Assembly: GCA_048128005.1 (NCBI GenBank)
Contig: JBEUKZ010000009.1
Location: 186,001 to 250,000, forward strand
Direction of reading: 5' to 3'
DNA: 64,000 nt
DNA from: Veleropilina oligotropha
Lineage: Eukaryota
Below, piece after piece: positions 29,418 to 40,219 of this stretch (position 1 is the first letter of the stretch; each line of letters starts with the position of its first letter). The notes beneath the pieces are model-generated. The model was not told the DNA's origin, made no database searches, and saw only the letters and a list, made by a program, of their open reading frames with translations. The translations under genes were made by a program, and so were the position numbers.

Positions 29418-29726
29418 TTTATTATTTTATTCAATATCACTGGCCAAGTAGCTGAGGTAGTATGAATACAGCCAATACTAAAGTCTGCTCCAAAGTGCCT
29501 TATAATCAACCCATATGCAGTCATTGAGAAACTTGAACCAAAATCTTATTTTAGGCATTGATTACATTAAACTTTATATAATACCAATGCAAGAGTATCA
29601 GATGACATCCATAAACATAAACAAAAACATAAAGATAAAATTCACTCAAATTTCTGTTAAAAAAGGAGACAAAAATAACATTTCATAATAAATTGATTCC
29701 AAAGGAGCATATTAAATAAATAGCAA

Positions 29727-30500
29727 CTAGACATGACCATTGTGTCCATGAGACATGAATGCTCCCACTGGCAGCCTTGACCATAGGGGCAGCAAAGATC
29801 ATTTTGTGGAATTATTTACAGACAACTACTGACATGGGTGGGTCGCAGAACAGAAGTATGAATGATAAGCAAGTTAGTGTATGAAGTATCAAGTCAATCC
29901 ATGATGACAGATTGAAGTTATAGCAGAATGGAGTTACTGGCACCCAAAAGAGCCAAGTCATTTGACCTTGAGCATAGGGGCAACATGAGTGGGTCGCAGA
30001 ATGGAAGTATGAATGATAATAAAAGCAAGTGTATGAAGTAGCAAGTCAATCCATGAAGGCAGATCTATGGAAGTTATAGCAGAATGGAGTTACTAACTTT
30101 CATGCAAATACTGGTCCGAAGAGCTAAATCATTTGACCTTGAAATTGGGCATAGGGGCGACTGGGTGGGTCGCAGAAGATAAGTATGAATGATGATAAGC
30201 AAGTGTACAAAGTAACAAGTCGATCCATGAAGGCAGATGGAAGTTATAGCAGAATGGAGTTACTCGCATGCAAATACTGGTCCGAAGAGCTAAGTCATTT
30301 GATCTTGGGAATAGGGGGACATGGGTGATTCGCAGAACGGAAGTATGAATGATGATAAGCAAGTGTATGACATCAATCCATTAAGGCAGATGTAAATTAT
30401 AACAGAATGGAGTTACTTGCACATAAATACTGGTTTTCGGGACTGGGATGTGATGGGACGGGACGAACAGGACGGGCTGGGCGGACAAGGGTACATCTAA
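29727..30500. mobile_element. HINE-like element with internal tandem repeats
   Basis: CTAGACATG...GAATGCTCCCACTGGCAGCCTTG start, repeated GAAGTTATAGCAGAATGGAGTTAC units, GGACG tail. Shorter relatives at 52153-52325 and ~212-257. Confidence 0.65.
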
Positions 30501-30952
30501 ATAAGTAACTTGATACATGATGAAGCGTTTTGCAGATCTGTATAGACGTGACTCTCCCAGTTTATTATCGAAACAAACATCACAGATAATGTTGGGACTT
30601 GTTGAAACCACGGAATATCTTGAGAAAGGAACATATTACATAGGCTAGTTAAGGATTACCACAATGAAGTCAATGAAGTTGGAGTCGAGCGGATTATTGA
30701 AAAAATATCCGTTAATTGTTAATGAACTGACAATGTAACATGAAGTTTGATGAAGAATCACTCTTAGGCCAAGAAAAATGTCTTGATTCCTGTTACCCTA
30801 CCCTACTTAAATTTTCGGCCCTACCCTAAACTTTTTATCAGTGATTTACTTTTCAAAAAAATCCATCTCGCCCCTGACCAACCTATTTTCTCTCTGAAAG
30901 GCTTTGTGATGTGTGACATGTCTATTAAATAGGATTAATGGCCGCATACTAT

Positions 30953-31476
30953 TTTATCACATGACAAAGCTGTTATGGAACGGTAGTAGCCGTTCCATAA
31001 ATTTCGATATAAAAAGACACGTCTCATAAGTATGCAAATGAGGGCGAGCATGATGGCCGATCATCGCATCTGGCGCCAAGTTGATTAGGCAGCGCATCAC
31101 CCTCATTAACATAATGATTAATTCATATGCATTGACCGGTCGATTACTGACGTTGAACTATTTTTTATTGGCGTACTGGCGTGGCGCATGTTTTCGTGGC
31201 GTGATGCGTCTGAGGCAATGGCAAGTTATGGCTGAAAGTACTGACAGAAATTAGTTTTAAAACGTAAAGAAATGTGTTTAAAAATGCAATAAAATAAGTT
31301 TAAAGGTAAATAAAGTCATGTGATAAAGAAGATATCAAACTTGTTTCCATTTCATATGAGAATTATGAAACTCGTCACCAAATTTATGTATCTCGCCAAG
31401 GCTCGGTACATAAATTGTGCCCGACTCGTTTCATAATTATCATATGGAATGGACACTCGTTCGATATCCCCTATAT
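30953..31476 (-). mobile_element. Copy of the 9598 palindromic repeat family
   Basis: Reverse complement of 9598-10126. Confidence 0.8.
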
Positions 31477-32931
31477 ATGACATGGAGTTTTCTTCAGTTG
31501 GTTGTTTAAATTTGGGAACAATCGATACATTTATGAAAAAACTTTTCCAAAAATACAAATATTTACATACCTATACCTACTTTTTTTTGTCTTACCACTA
31601 TGCCATTGATGCTCCCTTACCATTGCATAAGAGGTAGTAACTGTAACGGTATACAACCAATACTAAGATTTGTAATCAGTCAAGGGTTAATGCGGTCTTT
31701 AAAATGTTCAGTTTCTTCACATATGCTTACAAAAGTTATCTCCCTTGCAAAGAATTGCTAAACTCGTACAACAATATGGGTGTGCTCGAGACGCCTGTCC
31801 AGAACAGGTTCTGTCTGTCCTGTATTTCGAATGATTCTGCACAGGAACAGTTGTTCAGACATGCGCACAACTGGACAATGATCGCATTGTTGTAAAATAT
31901 ATTCAAAAATAGACAGCCGCCCGGCTATCAGGAACCCCAGCCTAAAATAGCAATCAGACTGTCATATAAAATCTGTGATCTTGACTTTGCCAGTAGCCCT
32001 TGGCTAAACACTGTGCTAACCGTCCATCATGAAGAAGTTTGGATGAAAACATAATTTAAAAGAAAGAAAAAATTGCGAGTATATTTAGACTTCTGTGGCT
32101 TTTACATTTGATCAAAGGTCATTTTTCTCTCTGTTACATGATGTACTAACCCTACAGAAAGAGCTTGGCAAAAATTTAAAAAAAATGTTTACGAATTATA
32201 AAAATATATAAATATTGAAATTTGTGAAGGTAAAAGGCCAAATGACAAACATTTTATATTAGCGCCATGCACAGCTTTGGGTTATAGGCAACATATAAAC
32301 AAAATTAAAAGGTTACCATGCTGAGTCTCCGAGAACCAGCCCGGACAAAATTTCAGGGTCAAAGGTTATTGTAGCAAGGTCAAAAATCATTCAGTGAAAT
32401 TTACCCACCATGATCTAGGGTATGATAAGGGTAGACTAGTCCATATGTCATAATATGTCTCCATAGCTATCATAGTAGCAGGCTATAGGTCTCACAAAGT
32501 ACGCAAATTGCATTTGCGAGTATATTTTGACCTCTGTGACCTTGATCTTTGACCTAAGGCCATTTTTCGTATTTGTTATATGATGTACTTACTAACCCTA
32601 AAGAAATAGTTTGACCCCCCAAAAATACGAAAAATAAAAAAATCTAAATATAGAAATTTTACGGCCATGCACAGCTTTGTATTATAGGCAACACACTTAA
32701 AAAAATTAGAAGGCTAACATGTTTGGTCTCCGAGAACCAGCCCAGACAAAATTTACGGGTCAAAGGTCATTGCCGCAAGATCAAAGGTCATTCACATGAA
32801 ATTTTGCCCCCATGCACTAGCGTATGATAAAGAGGGGATCTCACATGAGTGGTCATTTAATATCACATTTATGAAACGAGCTAACTAATTTTCATATTTT
32901 CCAAGGTTTCACGGTCAAAAATATGAAAATT

Positions 32932-33116
32932 AGCAGCAGGGGGGGTGATTGGACTTTTTAGAATGGGAAAATAAGGCTCCCAGCACCTGTTCAGAACTGA
33001 GCTGGTATTACTGGGGGGGGCTAGGGAGTTAGGGTGGGGCCCGGGGGTGGGGGCTCCCAGCACCTGTTCAGACCCCAGGGTATAGCATGTATTACAAAAG
33101 TCCCCGTGTGTACAGA
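32932..33116 (+). repeat. Left terminal inverted repeat
   Basis: Outer ~140 bp match the reverse complement of the right end except for G-run length; the inner ~40 bp have mismatches. Contains GGCTCCCAGCACCTGTTCAGA twice. Confidence 0.92.
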
Positions 33117-33627
33117 CAGCGCTGTCTGAAAACCAGGTTAGCTTATGAACAAAAATACAATCGATAGTCTATTCATAAGCTACCTGGTTGCCTAGTTACG
33201 TCGCGCACGACTGCGTTGACCTAGTAGAAGCTTGTTGTGGAGTGACTCACTGGTATTCCCTCCGACTGAAATACATTGCCCAGTATCAAATGAAGATTGA
33301 CTGGATAATGTGGCCACATTATAATCAAGGGACAGTTAACTAATTAATGATTCGGGATTTAGTCGGCTTTACAATATGTCTATGGTGTTGTAGGTTTCAT
33401 TTTAATCAACGTAGTCTATGGTAAAAGTTGTCGTGATTTAATATCCACAACATAACTGACGAGACACCTCCTCTCTTGCCTGCCATGGCTACCTGACTAT
33501 ATAAGAACTGTCAGGCTTTAGTATTTATAAGATCTGGCCCTCTATGCATATGTCACAACGACCTCCTCAGAATGCTTTCGCATGTTGCGTTTCGAATTCT
33601 TGAGGAAGAAGGCTGCGTGGAGAAAAT

Positions 33628-33808
33628 GCCGAGAGATGGTCGAGAAGACACCCCAGGCTACGGCTGAAATACAAGGGGGCTTCAAGAGGGCCGAGAGATG
33701 GTCGAGAAGACACCCCAGGCTACGGCTGAAATACAAGGGGGCTTCAAGAGGGCCGAGAGATGGTCGAGAAGACACCCCAGGCTACGGCTGAAATACAAGG
33801 GGGCTTCA
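33628..33808. repeat. Perfect 62-bp tandem repeat, ~2.9 copies
   Basis: Unit GCCGAGAGATGGTCGAGAAGACACCCCAGGCTACGGCTGAAATACAAGGGGGCTTCAAGAGG starts at 33628, 33690 and 33752. Confidence 0.95.
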
Positions 33809-34234
33809 TTCCGTGCAATTGCATGGCGAGATTGCAGCAGTTTAGATAAATATATAATTCCCGCTGGCGAGCGTGCAACTATCTGACGCACCGCCACAGC
33901 CGGTAGATAACAGTGAGAAATAATGCCCATGTTAGTGCGGGTATATACTAGGATCTTCATACCTCTAATAGGAAATCTGGGTCAGCAGCGAGCTGAACGG
34001 GCTAATAATAGACGCGTGTGGCGATAAGAGCAGCGGCATGAATGAGGCCACAGTAGACGGCTGAACGGGCTATTAATATATGCTAGGAAAGCCGGAAATG
34101 TGTTTGAGGACAGGGAATCCCCGAGCAGCTGTTATGTAAGTATGTAGTTCCCGCTGGTAGCGTGCAGTTGCATGGCGATAAGTGTCCTATTAGATATACC
34201 CACATCACAGGATATACCCACTGCAAAGGATACG

Positions 34235-34510
34235 ATGAAGGGCACAGACACCTGTCACTGGCTTACCATAAGCTCCACAGAACTATGTGGTAAGAGTTGT
34301 CTGAGAGAGTATTGCAAAGTCCACCTGGCTCGGCTACGGCGAAATGGCTGGGGCACAAAGCCCTGCATCGAATGCGGCAAAGGCGTCTTCAACCGGTTTA
34401 CGTTGTGTAAGGGCTGTGGGTATAAGAGTGAGAACTCTATGGACTGGCAACGAAAGAAAAGGGCCTTCCGGAGAGAGTTTCTCCGCATGGCTGCAATTTA
34501 CCACACGTAA
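34235..34510 (+). CDS. Small Cys/His-rich, putative Zn-binding viral protein (alternative ATG at 34172)
   Basis: CHWLTISSTELCGKSCLREYCKVH ... CIECGK ... CKGCG; basic C-terminus. Confidence 0.6.
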   Translation: MKGTDTCHWLTISSTELCGKSCLREYCKVHLARLRRNGWGTKPCIECGKGVFNRFTLCKGCGYKSENSMDWQRKKRAFRREFLRMAAIYHT

Positions 34511-34558
34511 ATTTCCTATTAGAGAAGTAAAGATCCTAGTGTATGCCCGTCCGGCAAC

Positions 34559-37500
34559 ATGGATGAACTGCGGAATGTAGCGAAAGATTACGGACTTCCC
34601 GCTAGGTCGAAGCTCAAGAAGAACGACCTCATCCGGGCAATCGCCGGGGTCCGTGCTGCCGAGTTTCGGAGGAGACTCGAGCAGGCGATGAAAACGGGAA
34701 GGTTCCCCTCCATACGTGGGGATGTGGAGAACCCCCACAAAAGAGGCCGTCGTGCTCGCGAATTGCGGCAGCTTAAGGACGAGGTCGGTGTGGCCCTCAA
34801 GGCCCGTAAATATGAAATCCAGGCTGCGAAAAAGCCCGGGATACGACTGAAGCCACTTCGTAACCTCACGGATCGAATCGTCAAGCCACACCTGCACAGT
34901 CTGACTAGGTCTCGGAAAGAGACCCTTGCAGGGGCTATTGCTCAGAAGGGGCCCGATATTCTGAGAGATCACTTAGCCTCGGACTCCAAAACGCCCCGGA
35001 CAGCCCAGGACTACCAGAAGGATCTTCTAGGGCTGTTTACCACACCAGGGGGGCAACAGTTCATCGACCTGGATGACCAGGCCCCTCCCCCAGTAAGGCT
35101 CCCAGCAAAAGAGCCATGGGTGGAACTCTTGAACGACGCCAAAGACGAGTTTGAGGTTGATGGCGCCGCGGCGGCATTCTCCACATGGAGGGTAGAAGTG
35201 GACATTAAGATCGAACACGGCATCGAAGCGAGGGCTGACCGGCTGGCCCTGGATGCCCGTATGACAGACGCGAGGGCGGTACAGCTCCTCACAGCCCTTC
35301 CAAAAGGCGAGTATGTCCTGAGAATCAAATTCTTGCGTGAGTGGCATGAAGGTGACTGGATGGTCGAAGACAAGTTTGACCCGGTGAAAGCTACGAGAAA
35401 GAAGGGCCAGGGCGTCTTTGAGATCTCTCAGGACACTAAGCCGGGTGCTATCACTGGGGTCGACAAGGTCTACTACGAGAATGCCTACCCGGTCACCGCA
35501 GTCGTCTACGGCCTCTACCCTCTCAGAGAACCAAACCCCGCCAACCTGGTTCCGATGAAGAACGGCGACCTCAACTGCGTTGCCCAAAGAGTGGTTGAGC
35601 ACTTTGAAGGTGCCATGAGAGGAAACGGACTAACTCCAATCAGGCGCAGAAAATACAGGAGTGGGAAGAGCGAGTCCACGAAACAGGCGCTACAGTTGAG
35701 AACATCGCTGGCCTTGAGAGGATCCTCAAACGGGCGATTATCTTGAGAGATATTGCGGGCGAGGACATCTACAACAGTGGGAAGTACCAGGGCTGGCATA
35801 GACCAGTAGAACTCATCTGCCACAACGGCCACGCCTGGCCCAAGGACCTTCACTTCCCGCAGTCTCGCGAGGTCCACCTGTATGAGGGCGATGTCTGGGA
35901 AGCTATCCGACAAGCCACACAGAACGAGCCATTAGCTGTCTGGCTCCTTGGCGGTACAGACCGACAGCTCAGCGTGGACCAGTTCGTGCTGCAGGACGGC
36001 CGCACTTACAGGACGAAAGAGACTCACACCGCTCTTCAGGAAGCCTGTAAGGCTCTGGGGGAACGAGTCTCTTGCCGATCGAGCCTTTGGCGTGAACCAT
36101 GCAGCTAGCATTATGGCCAAAGAGAACAACGGCTGGAAGCCGACCCCAGCGGGCCTGCTCGATGATATCCAGAAGGCCTGCGTAGAGCATGGTCACGGTG
36201 GCCTTTGGAATTCCATGGGCTATGACACGAGAGATGTCTGCTGCATCGATATGAAAGCCTGCTACCCTGCCAGCTTTCAGGGGAAGGGCGAGGCTAAGCC
36301 GTACTTCGAAAGATTCGGACACCCAACCCACCGCATGACTCGGGTCGCAATTAACGGTCCTCTTCCCCAAGAAATCGGCACTGGCTTTGCCGAGGTCGTG
36401 GAATGGGAGTTTGCACAAGAAATCCACCCCACTATTCCCGCCTGGTTCGGAAAGCACTTTGTAGAAATGAGTTGGGCACCGACCCCGCTGCTCGCCTTCC
36501 TCATAGACTCTGGACTGCTAAAAAGCCTCAAGATCCGAGAAGCCATCATCGCATTCAAAAAGCAGACCGATGTCTGGCTTCCTCCGGATCGTGACCAGGG
36601 CTGCAGCATTATCGGCAAATTCACCCAAGGCGCCAAGGCAGACGGAAAAATATTGACTCGGCGCCTGGTGACCGACCAGGGAGAACTGGACTTCCTCGTA
36701 AGAGACACCCGCCAAAGTGGTACCCTGGTCGGCGCTCCTCAGAGATGCCCCCTCGGTCACATCCTCACGTATTATGATGGCTCCCAGCCTCAGTACGCCC
36801 AGCTGAGGGCCAGCATGTTGGCCTATGCCCACATAAACCTCTTGAGCATGCTTCAGCGTTTCACCCCTGAGGAAGCCGTACGCGTGGCCACTGACAGCAT
36901 CTACCTCAAGAAGGCCTCGTTGGAGAAGCTCGACGATGTCAAGGCGTACGTTGCCCCCCAACTCTGCGACTGTGGCGATAAATCGCGCATCTCCTGTCTG
37001 ATCGGGGAGACGTACCTTCCGCCAGTAGCACCGGCCCAGTGGCGTGACAAGGGCGAACAGCTGTACCTGCCACAGGAACATGCCGCATACCTGCCCAAGC
37101 CAGAGTATTGTTGTGCCGCCAATTCCAGCCAGCCAAGCACCGCGCCATGCTACAACGACACGCTGACCCACCATCGCCTGAGTTACCTCAACGGTGGAGG
37201 GGGCTGTGGCAAGACTACGAGAGCGATCAAACTATTTCGGGCAAGGAATCCCATTGTATTCACACCTACCCACCGCCTCGCTAAGGAGATGCGGAAAAGA
37301 GGAGTGAAAGCCCAGACCTACCAGTTTCTTCCGATGGAGCGGTCAGAACGACTGGACGCCCGATCGTATGGGTCAGAAGTTCATCCCCCGCGTCATTATC
37401 TGGGACGAGGTCTGTACTGTTCCCCGGCATATTCTCGAGATGTTCTTAGACTGGCTGGGCCAGCACGAAGTGCAGGTTATCTGCTGTGGCGATCAAGGCC

Positions 37501-38453
37501 AGCCACCACCGATTACGGGGGAGATGCCGCACGAGTGGCTGCGAAAGACCGCGGACTACTATGAAGAGATTGAAGTAGACTACAGGGCGAAAGACGACCC
37601 TGCCCTCCAAGCCCTGAAAAGACGTATACGTCTCCAGCCCGACAAAGTCCAGTGCCAGGAAATGCGTAAGACTCTCCCCGGCTGCCTTGGATGGGATCGG
37701 TTCGTCAACACCTGGAGGCCAGGCGACCTAATCCTCACCAGCCGTCAGAAGGTCCGCGAACGGGCTCAACAGCTGTTGCTCCAGAGGCACAAGGAGCACT
37801 TCCCAGACTCCCTGGTGCCTATCCTTTACCACCCCAGGGACACCCGTAAGCAAAACATCATGGTAACCATTCCGGGCACCGACGAACGACAGGAGCTAGT
37901 TCTGAACGACGTCGTCGAGGTCACCATTGACGCCGCTGAAAGGGCTATCATGACCCCGGATTGGCGCCTGGGCTATGCTCTCACCATCCATTCGAGCCAG
38001 GGTCTTACGATTCACGACCCACAGAAAGTCTGGATCATCGATGACTACCTTCAGTGGAGTAATCTCGCCTACCTAGCCGTGTCCCGGGTGGAGCATCTGC
38101 ATCAGCTCGAACGGGTAACCTGTCCTCCGGATGAGGGTGCTGAGGACAGGCCGCCCCAAACCGAGCAGCAGCTCCGAAAGACCATCCAGAAAAAGCTCGT
38201 GGCGTACAAACGCCAGGACCAGGCCAAGGGACTCCCGGGATTTAACCTCAAGGTCGACGACATCCTGCAGCTCAAAGACGCCCAAAACAACCGCTGCGCA
38301 GCATGCAACATAGAGCTGCTCTGGGCCTACCAGCCCAAAGACACACAGCAGTTCAGTGTCGACCGTGTGGACAACAGCAGGGGCCACATCCGCGACAACG
38401 TGCGCTTAACGTGTATGGAATGTAACCGAAAACGAGGGAGCAGCAGCTGTTAA
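34559..38453 (+). pseudogene. ~1,300-aa multidomain replication protein: HeH/Rho-N-like + OTU-like + divergent PolB + SF1 helicase + HNH-like; 3 frameshifts
   Basis: Joins ORFs 34559, 35743, 35948 and 37368 through shifts at ~35647, 36057-36061 and ~37321. Polymerase motifs: DMKACYP (A), IIGKF (B), ATDSIY (C). Helicase motifs: GGGGCGKTT, AQTY(H)SFF, IIWDEV, GDQGQPPP, YALTIHSSQG, YLAVSRV. Nuclease motif: CAAC...SVDRVDNSRGH..DNVRLTCMECN. Confidence 0.85.
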
Positions 38454-39448
38454 CGCCTGAGAACCGGCGGCAGCTGGGTGTCACGAGGCACCACGAGAAG
38501 TTCCTCTCGAACAAACCCACGCGGTGGTCCATCGAGCAAGTAGTAGAGCACAGGCTCGTCAGGCTTAGTGACAGAGCGTCCAAGCCGGTGAACCGTCAAA
38601 GACCACACCGGGTCCGTCGCTTGCCGGCGACCACCCTCCAACTCACCGGGTTGGTATAGGTATCGAACATCTACGTCAGAGGGGAGTTTCTGTTCCTTCC
38701 CCTGTCGGTCTGGAACAGTGGAAGAGGGCTTTTGGGCAACGCGAGGTGCCTTAATGGCATCCTCGGGCTTTTTACCGGTGAGGCGGGTCTCTTCCCCATT
38801 CAAGGCCGCAACTACAGCCGGTAACCGGGCGACCCACTCAGTTGACCTTTGACCCTCTTTCGCAGACTCTGCAAACCGCATCTCTGTTGCATACTGGTGC
38901 CCGAAGAGCCGCTCAGCGAGCGTCCGGTTGAAGCGCTCCACGATCCCTTGATCGCGATGGAGATCCACACGGCCACGCCTAACCTCGACATTATTCTTTG
39001 CCAGCAGCTGGGAGACCGCGCCCATAAACTCTCGCCCTGGATCAACCTGAAGCAAATTCGGCCAGCTAAGAGGGCTCCGCCTGTAGATTCGAGACAGAGC
39101 TTCAGCAACCCCTTTGGCCTCTTTTGTGGCCAATGGCTCCGCTTCTTTAAAGCGACTGGCCACATCGACAACTGTAAGAACATACTTGTATGTTTTACGA
39201 CCGACCTTGTCGTGTGGGAGAAACAGGAGATCGGCTTGGTGAACCTCGTTCGGCATTTCGACGTCGAAATTTGGTCTTGGAATCCGCCGTGGCGCAGGTA
39301 AATAGATTTGCCAGATGGCCTGCTTCTTCAGCCAATCCCGGGCCACGTCTTCAGAGACATCTACTGCGGCCGAGAGATGTTGTATCGCGGCGATCCCTTT
39401 CCAGTAGCCTCGGGGGCTATAGTAGAAAGTCGCAAGCTTCCGGTCCAT
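38450..39448 (-). CDS. Retroviral-like (rve) DDE integrase, Polinton type, intact
   Basis: HQADLLFLP, VVDVASRF, LQVDPGREF, QGIVERFNRTL catalytic pattern. Likely start MDRKLATFYY at 39448. Overlaps the replication gene stop by 4 bp. Confidence 0.93.
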   Translation of the reverse strand: MDRKLATFYYSPRGYWKGIAAIQHLSAAVDVSEDVARDWLKKQAIWQIYLPAPRRIPRPNFDVEMPNEVHQADLLFLPHDKVGRKTYKYVLTVVDVASRFKEAEPLATKEAKGVAEALSRIYRRSPLSWPNLLQVDPGREFMGAVSQLLAKNNVEVRRGRVDLHRDQGIVERFNRTLAERLFGHQYATEMRFAESAKEGQRSTEWVARLPAVVAALNGEETRLTGKKPEDAIKAPRVAQKPSSTVPDRQGKEQKLPSDVDVRYLYQPGELEGGRRQATDPVWSLTVHRLGRSVTKPDEPVLYYLLDGPPRGFVREELLVVPRDTQLPPVLRR

Positions 39449-39719
39449 TCCGTGCCCTCGAGTTCTTTTGCCGGTCTTCGCTGCCATCGAGACTGGCAAT
39501 GTATTCCAGTAAACTGATCAGTCTCCAACAGGCTTCAGCTTCCGGAGCCGGTCGCTGCGCAGTCGTCGCCCGAAGGTTGGTCGGGCCCGAGAGCACCAGG
39601 ACTGCGAACCGCACCATAGTCTTTTCGTCGCGGCGCCAGCAGTCGAGTGACGTAGTACTAAGGCCCACCCCGCTGACCGCAAGCATGGCACAGTATAGCT
39701 CTTCTGGGGAGGCCCCCAT
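39417..39719 (-). CDS. Hypothetical viral protein, 100 aa
   Basis: Fills the gap between two co-oriented genes in a tightly packed minus-strand block. Confidence 0.45.
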   Translation of the reverse strand: MGASPEELYCAMLAVSGVGLSTTSLDCWRRDEKTMVRFAVLVLSGPTNLRATTAQRPAPEAEACWRLISLLEYIASLDGSEDRQKNSRARNGPEACDFLL

Positions 39720-39721
39720 TA

Positions 39722-40189
39722 TTATATATGCCCACGAAAAAAAATGTCCACTGGAAATAATTGGGCGAGCTTGTAGGCTACCAACCCGGTCGCAGCCATC
39801 CCCAGGATCACGAAGGTGATCTCACGTCCCTTCTGGCCATCACTCGGCGTGTAGTAGTCGGACAGGGCGGGCTCAGGGCCACCTCCCAGGCCGGGGTCAA
39901 GGCTCTTGCCGGTGATCAAGGCATACTCACGGATCGCGGCGTCAACATCCCGGAATGTGCCAACAGCGTGACCCTGGCGGCGAAGTTCAACGTTCAGCCA
40001 GTCGAGACGCTCTGCCCTCTTTTGGGACCATTTAGTCTGAACGGCGTTGAGCTGCTCGACTGCTCTGTCGTGACGTTTACGCTCCTCATCGACACCGGAG
40101 CTGCGTAGCTTCGAGAAGAGGAAGTTGGACCCGCTGAAGGCGAGGGCGTTGACGAGAGCGCCCCCAACCAGCATCGCAATGGAAGCCAT
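39722..40189 (-). CDS. Putative virion membrane-associated protein, 155 aa
   Basis: Hydrophobic N-terminus MASIAMLVGGALVNALAFSGSNFLF, a coiled-coil, and a C-terminal hydrophobic segment ITFVILGMAATGLVAY. Confidence 0.75.
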   Translation of the reverse strand: MASIAMLVGGALVNALAFSGSNFLFSKLRSSGVDEERKRHDRAVEQLNAVQTKWSQKRAERLDWLNVELRRQGHAVGTFRDVDAAIREYALITGKSLDPGLGGGPEPALSDYYTPSDGQKGREITFVILGMAATGLVAYKLAQLFPVDIFFRGHI

Positions 40190-40219
40190 TGAAATGCTGC
40201 GATTATCTAGCAGGTCCCA

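Noticed and set aside
32839..32926. Longer viral TIR extending to ~32839/50250
   Set aside because: It lies outside the AAATT TSD and is the host palindrome into which the virus inserted.
33628..33808. Possible CRISPR-like array, and ORFs across the 62-bp repeats
   Set aside because: Units are contiguous and identical with no spacers; context is eukaryotic; the ORFs simply cycle through the repeat frames.
34559..38453. Helitron Rep-helicase
   Set aside because: No HUH Rep motifs seen; the gene lies in a TIR/TSD element with integrase, ATPase and capsid genes.
34334..39819. Long antisense or overlapping ORFs (34334-, 35027-, 35969-, 36518-, 38849+, 39190+)
   Set aside because: Shadows of GC-rich genuine genes on the other strand, with no recognisable motifs.
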